64,000 nucleotides of DNA, taken from assembly GCA_038087875.1 (NCBI GenBank), contig CM075990.1:2792001-2856000 (forward strand), in the 5' to 3' direction. How positions within the stretch are numbered: the stretch's first letter is position 1; every line of letters begins with the position of its first letter. Source of the DNA: Malacoraja senta. Lineage: Eukaryota. A model generated the notes under the pieces. The model saw only the letters and a program-made list of their open reading frames with translations. It searched no databases and was not told the DNA's origin. This document shows, piece by piece, positions 46,922-59,712 of the stretch. Both the position numbers and the translations under genes were made by a program.

Positions 46922-47364
46922 GTTTAGTTTAGTTTAGTTTAGGGATACAGCGCGGAAACAGACCTCTCGGTCCTTCAGCCCACCGTGTCCGCACTGACCA
47001 GCGATCCCCACACACTAACACTGTCCTACACACACCAGGGACAATTTACATTTATACCAAGCCAATTAACCTACAAACCTGCAAAAGGCAGGTACAGGAT
47101 ACTGAGTTGGATGATCAGCCATGATCATATTGAATGGCGGTGCAGGCTCGAAGGGCCGAATGGCCTACTCCTGCACCTATTTTCTATGTTTCCATGTTTC
47201 TATGTCTTTGGAATGTGGGAGGAAACCAAAGATCTCAGAGCAAACCCGCGCAGGTCACGGGAAGAACGTACAAACTCCATTCAGACAGCACCTGGGGTCA
47301 GGATCGAACCCGGGTCTCTGGTGCTATAAGGCAGCAACTAGAGCGCTGCGCCACCATGCCGCCC
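46922..47364 (-). mobile_element. V-SINE with nested CR1 3' UTR (~47082-47203, plus)
   Basis: SINE split at AAACCTG / GTCTTTGG. Confidence 0.82.
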
Positions 47365-48132
47365 AATCATGCTTTCAAAACGTGATGCTCTTTCATCAAA
47401 GTCCAAATGTACAAACAACATTAGCAAAAGCCAGATCCAACAGAAGGGATTGAATTAGGACATGGTCCAGTCACTGAAGATTTTCAATTGTGTGGATTAT
47501 TTTTCAGTCAATCTCCTGTAGCACTCCTAATGTACAGCCTGGGGAAATGCTGTCCATTGATTATTCGGATGTAATCATAATAAATAAATGTTGGTAGGAC
47601 CAGATAGTACTTATATAAAGAGATGCAAGGAACTGCAGATGCTGGAATCTAGAGCAAAATGCAAAGTGCTGGAGTAACTCAGCAGGTCAGGCAGCATCTG
47701 TGGAGGGAATGGACTGGCGACGTTTAGGTATAGGACACAAAGTGATCGGGTAACACAGCGGGCCAGGCAGCATCTCTGGAGAGACATGGGCAGGTGACAA
47801 TAGACAATAGACAATAGGTGCAGGCGTAGGCCATTCGGCCCTTCGAGCCAGCACCGCCATTCAATGTGATCATGGCTGATCATCCCCAATCAGTACCCCG
47901 TTCCTGCCTTCTCCCCATATCCCCTGACTCCGCTATGTTTAAGAGCCCTATCTAGCTCTCTCTTGAAAGCATCCAGAGAACCTGCCTCCACCTGTGGAGG
48001 CAGAGAATTCCACAGATCTCGGGTCTAGACCCAAGATTTCAGGTCTAGACCCTTCAGATTGGAAAGGTCAGTACCTTTCTACAGATTGATGAAGGGTCCT
48101 GACCCAAAACGTCACCTGAGTATCCCCTCCAC

Positions 48133-48467
48133 TTCGTCTTCTTTCGTGTCCTTATGCAATATAGTGGCTCGCCACTGCTCTACACATCGTTGAGCTATTG
48201 GAGTGTTCAGTGCAAGATCTGCAGTAGTACATGGATTATCCAGCAATGGGCATTGCAGTAGGTGTTGCATTGTCTGGGTCTGTGTGCCACAGTCACAGGT
48301 TGTTGTACCCTCGATATTTAGCCCCATCTGTGCATTGTCACCCTTGACTGCCCAACCCCGGTTTGCAGTGGGTTGAGACATTTCCAGTTCAGCTGGTGTT
48401 CATCATCACCTGGTGGTAAGCACTCTGCTGCTGGTTTGTGGCTATCTTGGTTGAAATAGGGACAGTG
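48133..48467 (-). mobile_element. Ingi/Vingi-like LINE 3' fragment
   Basis: Minus peptides ECLPPG...WKCLNPLQTGVGQSRVTMHRWG and TTCDCGTQTQTMQHLLQCP (CCHC finger); ends GGACACGAAAGAAGACGAAG; inserted in a PLE terminal repeat. Clade from recalled motifs. Confidence 0.72.
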
Positions 48468-48519
48468 GCTCTACAGATGCTCCTTAACCCGTGGAGTTAC
48501 TTCAGCACTTTGCGCTTTC

Positions 48520-48798
48520 ATTCATTCATGAGATCTAGGAGCAGAATTAGGCCATTCGGCCCATCAAGCCTACTCCGCCATTCAATCATGGCTGTTCTAC
48601 CTTTTCCTCTCAACCCCATTCTTCTGCCTTCTCCCCATAACCCCTGACACCCGTACTAATGAAGAATATGTCCATCTCCGCCTTAAAAATATCCATTGAC
48701 TTGGCTTCCACTGCCTTCTGTGGCAAAGAATTCCACAGATTCACCACCCTCTGACTAAAAAAAAATCCTCCTCATCTCCTTTTATTCTAAGGCTATGG
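48520..48798 (-). mobile_element. CR1 LINE 3' fragment
   Basis: Reverse complement of the 1790-2108 type. Confidence 0.82.
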
Positions 48799-49085
48799 CA
48801 TCGTCTCCACATTCACTCTTTCCAAGCCTTGCTCCAGGTTTTGCTCAAGCTGTAAAAATTCAGTCTATCTGGTCAACTACTTTCGACTTACATCGCGGAA
48901 ACATGCCCTTCGGCCCACTGAGTCCACGCCGGCCAGCGATCACCCACGTACACTCACACTACCCTACACTTTGTGTCCGTCTTTGTAAACCAGCATCTAC
49001 AGTTCATTTTTTCTCTATCTTCTCTCTCAGTTGGAAGTTTACGGTTACCGTATGTATCAAAGGTCACACTGAACAATGTACACTT

Positions 49086-49394
49086 GCTTCCCAGCTGTTA
49101 TCAGGCAACTGAACCACCCTATCACCAACTAGAGAGCGGTCCTGAGCTATCGTCTACCACTTTGGGGACCCTCGGACTATCTTTCTGGATTTTATCCTGC
49201 ACTAAACGTTATTCCCTTTATCCTGTATCTGTGCACTGTGGATATGTCGATTGTAATCATGTATGGTCTTTCCGCTGACTGGATAGCATGCAACAAATGA
49301 AAGCCTTTCACTGTACCTCGGTACATGAGATAATAAACTAAATTAAACTAAATTAAATTAAACTAAACTAAACTAAACTAAACTAAACTAAACT
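49086..49394 (+). mobile_element. Rex1/Babar-like 3' fragment with long (CTAAA)n tail
   Basis: Matches 2375-2850. Confidence 0.82.
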
Positions 49395-49699
49395 GCATAT
49401 AGACATCTCAATATGAGATAATGCATTTTTAACCATATTGTAGCTACTCAATAGTTGGTAGATTAGACATTTCAGCAATTGAATAATGTGGCAGGCTAAA
49501 TCGTCTCAATTTTTTAGGAAAAGTGATTGCAAGATTTCCTGTTGTTTTATTTATTGATTTTGTTTACTTTTTGTAGCTATTGATTTGAGATTTGTTCAGC
49601 ATGAAATTTGATGGAATCTAAAATGCAGCATAAATAAAACATTCGGCAAATGAACAGGGTCCCCGACCCGAAACGTCACCTATCCATTTTCTCTAGAGA

Positions 49700-50150
49700 T
49701 AGACGCAAAATGCTGGAGTATCTCAGCGGGTCAGGCAGCATGTCCGGGGATAAGGAATGGGTGACGTTTCGGGTCGAGACCCTTCATCAGACTGAGAGTC
49801 GGGGAGAGGGAAACTGAAGGCGTGAGAAGGTACAGAACGAACCACAGCCTGCATCAGTGGCTCAGGAAAGGTGGAGCCCACAATGGTCCAATGTTGGCTG
49901 GGGACGAGGTGATACCAAAGGGATATGAACAGTGGAATTAGCGAGAGGACTGAGGGGGGGGGGGGTAGGTGGGTATAAGAGAGGGGATGCAAGGGGATGA
50001 AATTAAATAAATAAATCTAAGTTGTGAGTTGCATAAGCGAATATGAGGTGCTGTTCATCCAATGTGTGTGTGGCCTCACTCTGACAGTGGAGGAGGCCCA
50101 AGACAGAAAAGTCAGTGTGGGAAAGGGAGAGGGGAGTTAAAATGTTTGGC
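49700..50150 (-). mobile_element. PLE 3' end (GIY-YIG remnant, UTR, terminal repeat)
   Basis: Reverse complement of the 11610-12045 type. Confidence 0.82.
49759..49793 (-). ncRNA. Minimal hammerhead-like motif with CUGAUGA box
   Basis: Minus strand reads GU CUGAUGA A GGGUC-UC-GACCC GAAA C GUC ACCC. Confidence 0.6.
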
Positions 50151-50707
50151 ATCTTCTCCAGAAATGCTGCCTGACCCGCTGAGTTACTCCAGCATTTTGT
50201 GTCTAGCTTTGGCCCAAAGATAGCATCTGCAGTTCAATGTGCTGCCCATTTCTGAGGGAGCTGGGAAATTCAAAATCACCAAATTGTGGTTTTGAAGTTT
50301 TTAATAATATTCTCAGTACATTTCTTGTAAGTTCCCCACAAACAGTTGATGAATAGGAACCTTTTCTTACAGACAAGGTGTTGATGAAGTTAATTTGGAA
50401 CTCCCCCCACAACACCACCTACTGGATAAACCTTGTAGCTATATTGCACCAGGGAAGTATTTATGAACATTATTTCCATTCTCAATTTCGTTTAGTGTCG
50501 GAAGGAACTGCAGATGCTTGTTTAAACCAAAGATAGACACGGGTGACATTTCAGGTCGAAACCCTTCTTCAGACCCATCTTGTAGTTGTTATATGTTGAT
50601 GGTTTAGTTCAGATAGACACAAAGTGCTGGAGTAACTCAGCGGGTCAGACAGCATCTCTGGAGAGAAGGAATGGCTGGCGTTTCGGGTTGAGACCCTTCT
50701 TCAGACA

Positions 50708-51013
50708 AGTTTAGAGATACAGCACGGAAACAGGCCCTTCAGCCCACCTAGTCCACACCGACCAGGGATCCCAGCACATTAACACTACCCCACACACACT
50801 CGGGAAAATTTTGCATTTACATCATGCCAATTAACCTACAAGCCTGTACGTCTTTGGAGTGTGGGAGGAAACCGAAGATCTCGGAGAAATCCCACGCAGG
50901 TCACGGGGAGAACGTGCAAACTCCGTACAGCGAAGCTCCTGTAGTCAGGATCGAACCAGGGTCTCTGGTGCTGTAAGGTTGTAGCTCTGTCTGTGGTGCC
51001 ACCATACCGCCCC
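50708..51013 (-). mobile_element. V-SINE (HE1-like)
   Basis: Near full-length. Confidence 0.85.
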
Positions 51014-51247
51014 TTTGTACATGTACCTTAAATGTTAAATTCTACCATTTAACATTTGTTTAGGCTTCCTTTTTTTTTCCTATCTGTTTTGGTGATATTT
51101 TATTCAAAGTTTTGTCATAGATTCATAGAGTTATACATCATGGACCTTCTTGCCCAACTTGCCCACACCGGCCAACATGTCCAAGCTACACTAGTCACAC
51201 CAGCCTGCGTTTGGCCTATATTCCTCTAAACATGTCCTATCCATGTA

Positions 51248-51392
51248 ATATCAGACTATCCAGTCTGAAGAAGGGTCTCGAGCTGAAACGTTACTCATTC
51301 CTTCTCTCCAGAGATGCTGCCTGTCCTGCTGAGTTACTCCACCTTTTTGTGTCTGTTTTCGGTTTAAACCAACATCTGCTGTTCCTTCCTAC
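51248..51392 (+). mobile_element. Short PLE-end unit with 18-bp TSD, inserted in a CR1 3' UTR
   Basis: ACATGTCCTATCCATGTA at 51230-51247 and 51393-51410. Confidence 0.78.
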
Positions 51393-51750
51393 ACATGTCC
51401 TATCCATGTACCTGTCCAACTGGTGCTTAAACGTTACAAAGTTTTGTTTATTTTCTTTGTGACTGAGGTTAGTCTCTTGAACTTTTTATGCATTCTAGAG
51501 TTAAAAGCACAAACTCCCAGCACGCCAAAGTAATTTACTTCTTTTGAAACCTATCACCAATTGCACAGGCTTCATATAGCTATCACCAATGCGCAGAAGA
51601 TATCTACTCAATCTTGCCCTTCAGCTTCTAAGATAGAAATCTCCTCTGTGAAGGTTAAGATATAAAGACTAAAATGGTAATCTCCGGAGGTTGGTTGTAA
51701 GAAGCATCTCCATTATGTTTAGGCAGGAGAATTGTAGTTTCAGGAAAGAC

Positions 51751-52254
51751 TAAATAAGCTCAGAACTACAGACTTTAGTTAACTTTAGTATAGAGATACA
51801 GTGCGGAAACAGGCCCTTCGGCCCACCGAGTCCGCACCGACCACCGATCCCTGCACATTAACACTATCCTACACACACTAGGGACAATTTTTTTAACATT
51901 TATTCCGAGCCAATTAACCTACAAACCTGTATTTCTAGAGTGTGGGAGCAAACTGAAGATCTCGGAGAAAACCAACGTAGGTCACGGGGAGAACGTACAA
52001 ACTCCGTACAAACGAGCACCCGTAGTCAGGATCGAACCCGGGTCTCTTGCGCTGTACGGCAGTAACTCTACCGCTGCGCCACCGTGCCGCCCTACTTGGG
52101 GGCATTGGTTTTCTCTTTCAGCACCATTATTGTTTGTTGGCGTTTATCTGTATGTATGTGTGCGTGTATATACTGCGTGGATTTTCTCCGAGATCTTCAC
52201 AAATGCATACAGATAAAAGTAAACAAATTATATATATATATATATATATATATT

Positions 52255-52332
<78 letters not shown>

Positions 52333-52340
52333 CGTGTGTG

Positions 52341-52430
<90 letters not shown>

Positions 52431-52710
52431 CGTGTATGTGTGTTCGTGTATGTGTGTTCGTGTCTGTGCGTGCTTTTGTGTGTGTTTGTGCCTATGTGTT
52501 GCTACTTTTCTGTTCTGCCCCTGTAGATTTGTGTGTATTTGTGTGTGTACATATATATATATATACACACACACTGAACTTTTTTTTTTTCATTTATTAT
52601 ATTGCTTACAGTGTACTATGTTTACACATTCTGTTGTGCTGCTGCAAGTAAGAATTCCATTGTTCCGTCTGGGACACTTGACAATAAAACACTCTTGACT
52701 CTTTGACTCT
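51751..52710 (+). mobile_element. Rex1/Babar-like 3' UTR with nested V-SINE (51775-52092, minus) and (TA)/(TG)n tract (~52228-52572)
   Basis: Same family ends as 42119-43217. Confidence 0.75.
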
Positions 52711-54632
52711 ATTCAATAATAAAAATCTCCAAAATTGAGTCAGTAGAAAAATTCCACATCCGTGTTATTTAATTAAGCTTAATTCCTCATTTCAAACTGT
52801 CACTGCTGATCACAGGTTTATGTCCAGTGGGATTTTTACACAACTCTAACGCAGCTTAAAACACCTTCTCCAGGCACCACTCAAATTTGGAAGCACAGAC
52901 ACTGTCAGCATGTCGTTTGATGACTTTTTTCTGCAGTTAAAATAGACACGCAATGTGATTTATGTCTCGCTGTCTTCCAGAGGGAACAGGATAGCAATGA
53001 AATAAAAATTTGATAAACAAAACCACCAGAAATCAGACCCTGCGTTAGAATCCACAATACTGACGGCAACCATTTAATACTCCATTGGTGTCCTTTACCG
53101 TTTCAGTTAAATCTATCAATTCATCATACAGTCTGCCCTCTCTATTACGGCCCTCTTCATGATGGATTTCGGTTAAAGTCGATGAAATCTGTCGCAAACG
53201 AGCCATCCGTTCGCACAGGGAATCAAGGACGGAGTTTGTTGTTTCACAGAGTGAAATTTACTCCAAGCTACTTAGTGAGTTAGTTTAGTTTATTGTCACA
53301 TGTACCGAGGTGGTATATTAAAATGCTTTTGTTGCATGCTGACCAGTCAGAGGAAAGACAACACATGATTACAATCGAGCCATTTACAGTGTACACATAC
53401 ATGATAAGGGAATAACATTTAGTGCAAGGTAAAGCCATCAAAGTCCAAAGAGAGTCCAGTTGTGGTGGTAGTAAATGTTGTCTCTGTCTGCGTTTACCAT
53501 TCCTATTTATTGTGTGTCTTGTTTAATGTATGTTTAGAGTCATAGAGACATACAGCGTGGAAACAGGCCCTTCGGCCCAACTTGCCCACACTGACCAACA
53601 TGTCCCAGCTACACTAGTCTCACCTGCCTGCGTTTGGCCCATATCCCTCTAAAGCAGTCATATCCATGTACCTGTCTAAATGCTGTTTCTCTAAAGTCTC
53701 AAAGTCAAAAGCAAAGTGTGGTTGTGAGTCGATGGATGATCTTGCGAAATAATGAGTTGATGCCTTAAAATGTGAACTAAAGATTCCAGCTTAACAGTTC
53801 AATCATCAATATTTATATTTGAATAAATCTCTATGTTTAATGGTGTAAAATGGTGAAAGTGCAATTGAAGTCACCTGCATTATGCAACAGGTATATACGC
53901 AGTGTTATTTAGACATTTGGACCCTTGGACTATCCTTGTTCGGACTTTGCTGGCTTCACCTTGCACTAAATGTTGTTCCCCTATCATGTATCTGTACACT
54001 GTAAATGGCTTGATTGTAATCGTGTATTGTCTTTCCACTGGCTGGTTAGCACACAACGAAAGCATTTTAATGTACCACCTCGGCACATGTGACAATAAAC
54101 TAAACTAAACTAAACTAAACATTTGAATTAGCGTAGACCCACTGTGACAGGATTGCTAGATACCAAAGATGCTTCCTGGAGGATTAGGAGACACAGTCAC
54201 ATAACTAAGGCTGCTTCGAGCGGCGGTATTTTGATTCAGCGATCTGACCTCTGAACCTTCCTCCCACCGCAGACTGACAAGAATGTGGCGGAGATTTAAA
54301 TCCAAGGAAACCGTCGATTAGGCAAATCATTTGAAACAGATGCATTGAGCAAATGTGCACTCCCTCACTAAGCACTCTGCATTGACACTTAACACCTCAA
54401 CCCTTTTATTTCTCTCCTCAGTCCCGTGCTTCTTCTGCGAATTACTTCCTCAAACATAAATCAGTCTCGGACGCACTCGGTCTGCCCATTGAAATCGCAC
54501 TCTGCGAAAGCCCCTGGTGATTCTGGTAAACTCCAGCGGGATTCCAAAGTGACTTCAAAGGAAGAGTTTGTGGGAAGTACAGGACTCTCCAGATTGTCCA
54601 CACACTTCCACACACACACACACACACACATG

Positions 54633-54895
54633 TAGAAACAAGGAACTGCTGATACTGGTTTACACCAAAGGTAGACACAAAGTGCTGGGGTAACCCAGCG
54701 GGTCAAGCAGCATCTCTAGAGAAAAAGGATGGGCGACGGTTCGGCTCCAAAAAAGGCTCCTGACCCGAAATGTCACCCATCCTTTTTCTCCAGAGATGCT
54801 GCCTGACCCACTGAGTTACTCCAGCACTTTGAGTCTATCTTTGGTATAAATCAGCATCTTCGGTTTGAACCTGCATCTGCAGTTCCTTTCTACAC
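54633..54895. mobile_element. Fold-back PLE-end unit
   Basis: Inverted arms GGAACTGC...GCAGCATCTCT / AGAGATGCTGC...GCAGTTCC. Confidence 0.75.
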
Positions 54896-55151
54896 ATATG
54901 TCAATATCTCTTTCACTATATCATGCAGACTTTGAAATGGTCAGGTATAATGTGATAGTGGATTTGTTAAAGAGATGCTGCCTGACCCGCTGAGTTACTC
55001 CAGCACTTTGTATCTATCTTCAACCTACACCTGACGGTGCACAGGTCTCAATGCAAATACCTTACTCTGTATATTAACTGTGGGGCAAATCCACAAAATA
55101 ATCAGCTGCCGTTAACGAGCACCCCAGCATCTGTGTACCTCATTGAAGCCA

Positions 55152-56030
55152 CTCATCATCACCGGTTCTGACCTCCCCACCATCGAAGGGATTTATCAGA
55201 GTCGCTGCCTCAAAAAGGCAGCCAGCCTCATCAGAGACCCACACCACCCTGGCCACACTCTCATCTCACCACTGCCATCGGGAAGAAGGTACAGGAGCCT
55301 GAAAACTGTAACGTCCAGGTTCAGGAGCAGCTTCTTCCCTTCAGCCATCAGGCTATTGAACACGACAACCTCAAATAAGCTCCGAACTACAATAGAGTCC
55401 ATCATCGGCTCTGACCTCCCTTCCATCGAGGGGATCTACCACAGTCGCTGCCTCAAAAAGGCTGGCAGCATCATCAAGGACCCACACCATCCTGGCCACA
55501 CACTCATCTCCCTACTACCTTCAGGTAGAAGGTACAGGAGCCTGAAGACTGCAACGACCAGGTTCAGGAACAGCTACTTCCCTACAGCCATCAGGCTATT
55601 AAACCTGGCTCGGACATAACACTGAACTTTATTAGCCAATACTGTTATTTGCACTTTATCAGTATATTGACCATTGTGTATATATTTATAGAATGCCTTG
55701 TAGTAAATGCCTACTATGTTCTGTTGTGCTGAAGCAAAGCAAGAATTTCATTGTCCTACCAGGGACACATGACAATAAACTCACTTGACTTGACTTGACT
55801 TATTATTATTATTATTATAATAGCACTTCTAGAGTTTGTTTTTGAGTATGTGTGTGTGTGTGTGTAATTGTGAGTATGTGTATATATACACACACTGGAC
55901 TTTTTTCTCTCTCGTTTATGATATAGTTTACAGTGTACGATGTTTACATATTCTGTTGTGCCGCTGCAAGTAATTAGAATCTCATTGTTCTATCTGGGAC
56001 ACATGACAATACAACACTCTTGTCTCTTGA
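55152..56030 (+). mobile_element. Rex1/Babar-like fragment with a related family (~55394-55800) nested in its 3' UTR
   Basis: Two successive GSDLP.IEGIY.SRCLKKA.S.I.DPHHPGH blocks; two distinct tails, (CTTGA)n at ~55785-55800 and ACTCTTG at ~56015-56030. Confidence 0.85.
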
Positions 56031-56394
56031 TCTTCAAAGTGACTACCCTATAGTTAATACTCCAAATGAAAATGTTAAAATAAAACTGCAGATGTTGGGA
56101 ACATCTGCACCAGTTCGATCCTGACCTCGGGTGCTGTCTGTGTGGAGTTTGCATGTTCTTTTAGTTTAGTTTAGTTTAGTTTAGGTTACTGATGCATAGT
56201 GAAAACAGGCCCTTCAGCCCACAGAGTCCATGCCGACCAACAATCACCCATTCACACCAATTCTATCCTTCACACAGGGGACATTTTACAGAAGCCAATT
56301 AACCTACAAACCCGCATGTCTTTGGAATGTGGGAAGAAGCCGGAGCACCTAAAGAAATCCCACTCAGAGAACATACAAACTCCGTACAGTCAGT

Positions 56395-56750
56395 AACTGT
56401 GGCCAGGATCTGCGGAGCATCCTGGACAATACAGCTCACCCCCCTCCATGACACACTGGTCAACCTGAGGAGCACCTTCAGCAACAGACTGGTTCCACCA
56501 AGATGCAGGACAGAACACCACAGGAGATCCTTCTTCCCTGTGGCTATCAAACTGTACAACTCCTCCCCCTTCCGCCGTGGGGTCGACTGACACTGAGGCC
56601 TTCACCCCCCCCCCTTCCCTAATCTTTGCCTTCCCAATCCTTTCCACTTGTTACTTTAATTTCATGTTTTGTATTTTTGTGTTTCCATGACTGTTGGCAG
56701 ATTAACTGGGATAAATAAAGTTCCATTGATTGTATCAGATCGGATCGTAT
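56395..56750 (+). mobile_element. Rex1/Babar-like 3' fragment, further family
   Basis: RSILDNTAHP(L)HDTLVNLRSTFSNRLVPPRCRTEHHRRSFFPVAIKLYNSS. Confidence 0.78.
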
Positions 56751-56761
56751 GTGTTGGCTCC

Positions 56762-57160
56762 AGAGGAGGTTATGAGAATGATCCCCGGAATGAGTGGGTT
56801 AACATATGATGAGCGTTTGACGGCACTGGGCCTGTACTCGCTGGAGTTTAGAAAGATGAAGGGACACCTCTTTGAAACTTACAGAAAAGTGAAAGGCCTG
56901 GATAGAGTGGATGTGGAGAGGATGTTTCCCCTAGTGGGAGAGTCTAGGATCAGAGTTCATAGCCTCAGAAAAAGAGGACGTTCCTTAGGAAGGAGATAAG
57001 GAGGAATTTATTTAGTTCAGAGGGTGGTGAATCTGTGGAATTCATTGCCACAGACGGCCATGGAGGCTAAGTCAATGAGGGGAAGATAGACCAGCCATGA
57101 TTGAATGGCAGAGTATTCTTGATGGGCCAAATGACCTAATTCTGCTCCTATCACTTATGA
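56762..57160 (+). mobile_element. CR1 LINE 3' fragment
   Basis: ORF RMIPGMSGLTYDERLTALGLYSLEFRKMKG...KGLDRVDVERMFPLVGESR. Confidence 0.88.
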
Positions 57161-57171
57161 AACGGAACTAT

Positions 57172-57497
57172 GGCAGCATGGTGGCGCAGCGATACAGTTG
57201 CTGCCTGACAGCGCCAAAGACCCGGGTTTGATCCTGACTGCGGATGCTGTCTGTACATAGTTAGTTAGTACGCTCTCCCCGAGACCTGCGCTGGTTTTCT
57301 CCGGGATCTCCGGTTTCCTCCCACACTCCAAACACGTACAGGTTTGTAGGTTAATTGTTTTGGTATAATTGTAAATTGTCCCTAGTGTGTGTAGGATAGT
57401 GTTAGTGTGCGGGGATCACTGGTCGGTGCGGACTCGGTGGGCCGAACGGTCCGTTTCCGCGCTGCATCTCTAAAACTGAATAAACTAAAAAACTAAA
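57172..57497 (+). mobile_element. V-SINE (HE1-like)
   Basis: Full-length. Confidence 0.88.
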
Positions 57498-58231
57498 ATT
57501 CAAACCAAACTATGCGGGAAGACAATAAATCCAAACACAACTGCAATAGATAGAACAAAGGTGAAGATACAGAGTGCAGAATATAGCTTTCAGCTTTGCA
57601 GTGCACCTGTTCCAGAGACATAGTCCAATGTCCACAATGGGGTAGAGGTGAAATGAACAGTCCCCTAGCTTATGGAATAACTGTTATTTAGTTAATTTAT
57701 ATTAGTGGATATAACTGGAACTGAAATGTTAGTGCAGTAAATAATTTTGATTGATTGGAAGCAAGCAATAGTATGAAGTGCTTAGCTTGAAGCACAATTC
57801 CTAGCTTGCATTCTCCTATGTACTAACGTTACTGTATATATTTCAACCTTCAGATATCAGTATACTTTGCCTGTGTTTATACTCCTGCAAATACCCCAGA
57901 GCTGATAGCCACTGTGTATCTGCCTACCCCGAGCCCACACTTATAGAACGTAGACCCGTACAGCACAGGGACAGGCCCTTCGGCCCACAATGCCTGTGCC
58001 ATACATGATGCCTGCCTGCATATTATCCATATCCTGGCACATAATCCATCAACCCCCCATTCCCTGCACACCGATCTAGAGGTCTTTTAAATGCCTCTAT
58101 TGTATCTGCCTCCACCACCACCCCTGGCAGCGAGTCCCAGGCAGTCACCACCCTCTGTATGAAAACCTAGGCACGCACATCTTCTTTAAACATGAGATAC
58201 ACATTCTGGTGAATTTATCCCAACAATAATT

Positions 58232-58533
58232 GCGGCACGGTGGTGCAGCGGTAGAGTTGCTGCCTTTACAGCGCCAAAGACCCGGGTTTGATCCTGACTA
58301 CGGGTACTGTCTGTATGGAGTTTGTACGTTGGAGCTTGGGGGTTTTCTCCGGGTGCTCCGGTTTCCTCACACACTCCAAAGACGTGCAAGCTTGTAGGTT
58401 CATTAGGTTTGGTAAAAATTGTAAATGGCCCCTAGTGTGTAGGGTAGTGCTAGTGTACAAGGTGATCGCTGGTCGGTGTGGACTCGGTGGGCCGAAGGAC
58501 CTGTTTCTGCTCTGTATCTCTAAACTAAACTAA
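58232..58533 (+). mobile_element. V-SINE (HE1-like)
   Basis: Full-length. Confidence 0.88.
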
Positions 58534-58856
58534 TAAGCCAAAGAGGGATGTTCAGAAGATTACTTTAAGCTGCAATATAATGAGTTTAAATGGGGTGGAA
58601 GACAAATGTGACATCACCATGAGGAAATTGGTTCTTACACAGAGAGCAAACAACACATACAACCATTTCCCAAATAAAGAGACCAAATTTCACAAACCAT
58701 TTAAGAAATAATTGGATATGTTATGGTCCCCTGAGTGGGAGAATTAAGAAGGTTTGAAAGGCTGTTCTCATCTTGCAGTCCATTTGAATGACAAACAGCA
58801 CAAGAAGGCCACTTGGCCCCTCAAGCCTAACCTATCCTTCAACATGGTCATGTCTA

Positions 58857-59044
58857 GCAGAACAACAGACAGCCAACCATGTCATCTCTGGGTGCCCGCT
58901 CTACCACCCACCAAATGGAGCTCTGTCAGGGCCTGGCAGACATTGACGCCAACAGAGACAACAACCTGGCTGCTCAACACCCGGCTTCAGATCGAACTAT
59001 TCCTTTGGTTTATGTTTCACTCGCGAGCAGAAGAAGAAGAAGAA
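58857..59044 (+). mobile_element. 5'-truncated Ingi/Vingi-like LINE end with (GAA)n tail and 10-bp TSD
   Basis: GTCATGTCTA at 58847-58856 and 59045-59054; peptide AEQQTANHVISGCPLYHPPNG...GLADID...ETTTWLLN (second half of a CCHC finger). Confidence 0.72.
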
Positions 59045-59398
59045 GTCATGTCTATCGGCACGACAGGGTGGCGCAGCGGTAGAGTTGCTGCCTCACAGCG
59101 CCAGACACCCGGGTTTGATCCTGAGTGTCCTGAAGGGATGTGGGTTTTTAAAAAATGTTAATTGGCCTCTGTAAAATTGTGTTGGAATAACATTGAACTA
59201 GTGTGGACGGGTAATCGATGGGCAGAGTGGACTCAGTAGCTTCTGTAAAATAGCCCCCTAGTGTGTAGGGATTACATTCGAACGTGGGATAATATGGAAC
59301 TGGTGCTAACGGGTGATCAATGGTGGACATGGTCTTAGTGGCCAAAATCTACGTGCTCCAGAGATGCTGCCTGACCCGCTGAGTTAGCATCTGCAGTT

Positions 59399-59712
59399 GG
59401 GCGGCACGGTGGCGCAACGGTAGAGTTGCTGCCTTACAGCACTTGCCGCGCCAGACACCTGGGTTCAATCCCGGGTGCTGTCTGTACGGAGTTTGCACGT
59501 TCTGCCCATGACAATGTCGGTTTTCTCCGACATCTTCGGTTTCTTCCCACACTCCAGGAGACGTACAGGTTTGTAGGTTAATTGGCTTGGTGTAAATGTA
59601 AAATTGTCCCTAGTGTGTGTAGGATAGGGTTAATGTGCGGGGATCGCTGGTCAGTGTAGACTTGATGGGCCGAAGGGCCTGTTTCCGCACTGCATCCCAA
59701 AAAGCTAAACTA
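59399..59712 (+). mobile_element. V-SINE (HE1-like)
   Basis: Full-length. Confidence 0.85.

Noticed and set aside
53127..53180. TACAGTCTGCCCTC... resembling a Tc1/pogo-type TIR
   Set aside because: No matching opposite end found in the window.
54400..54530. Good-looking splice acceptor CCTTTTATTTCTCTCCTCAG
   Set aside because: No recognisable peptide in any frame and only weak donors downstream.
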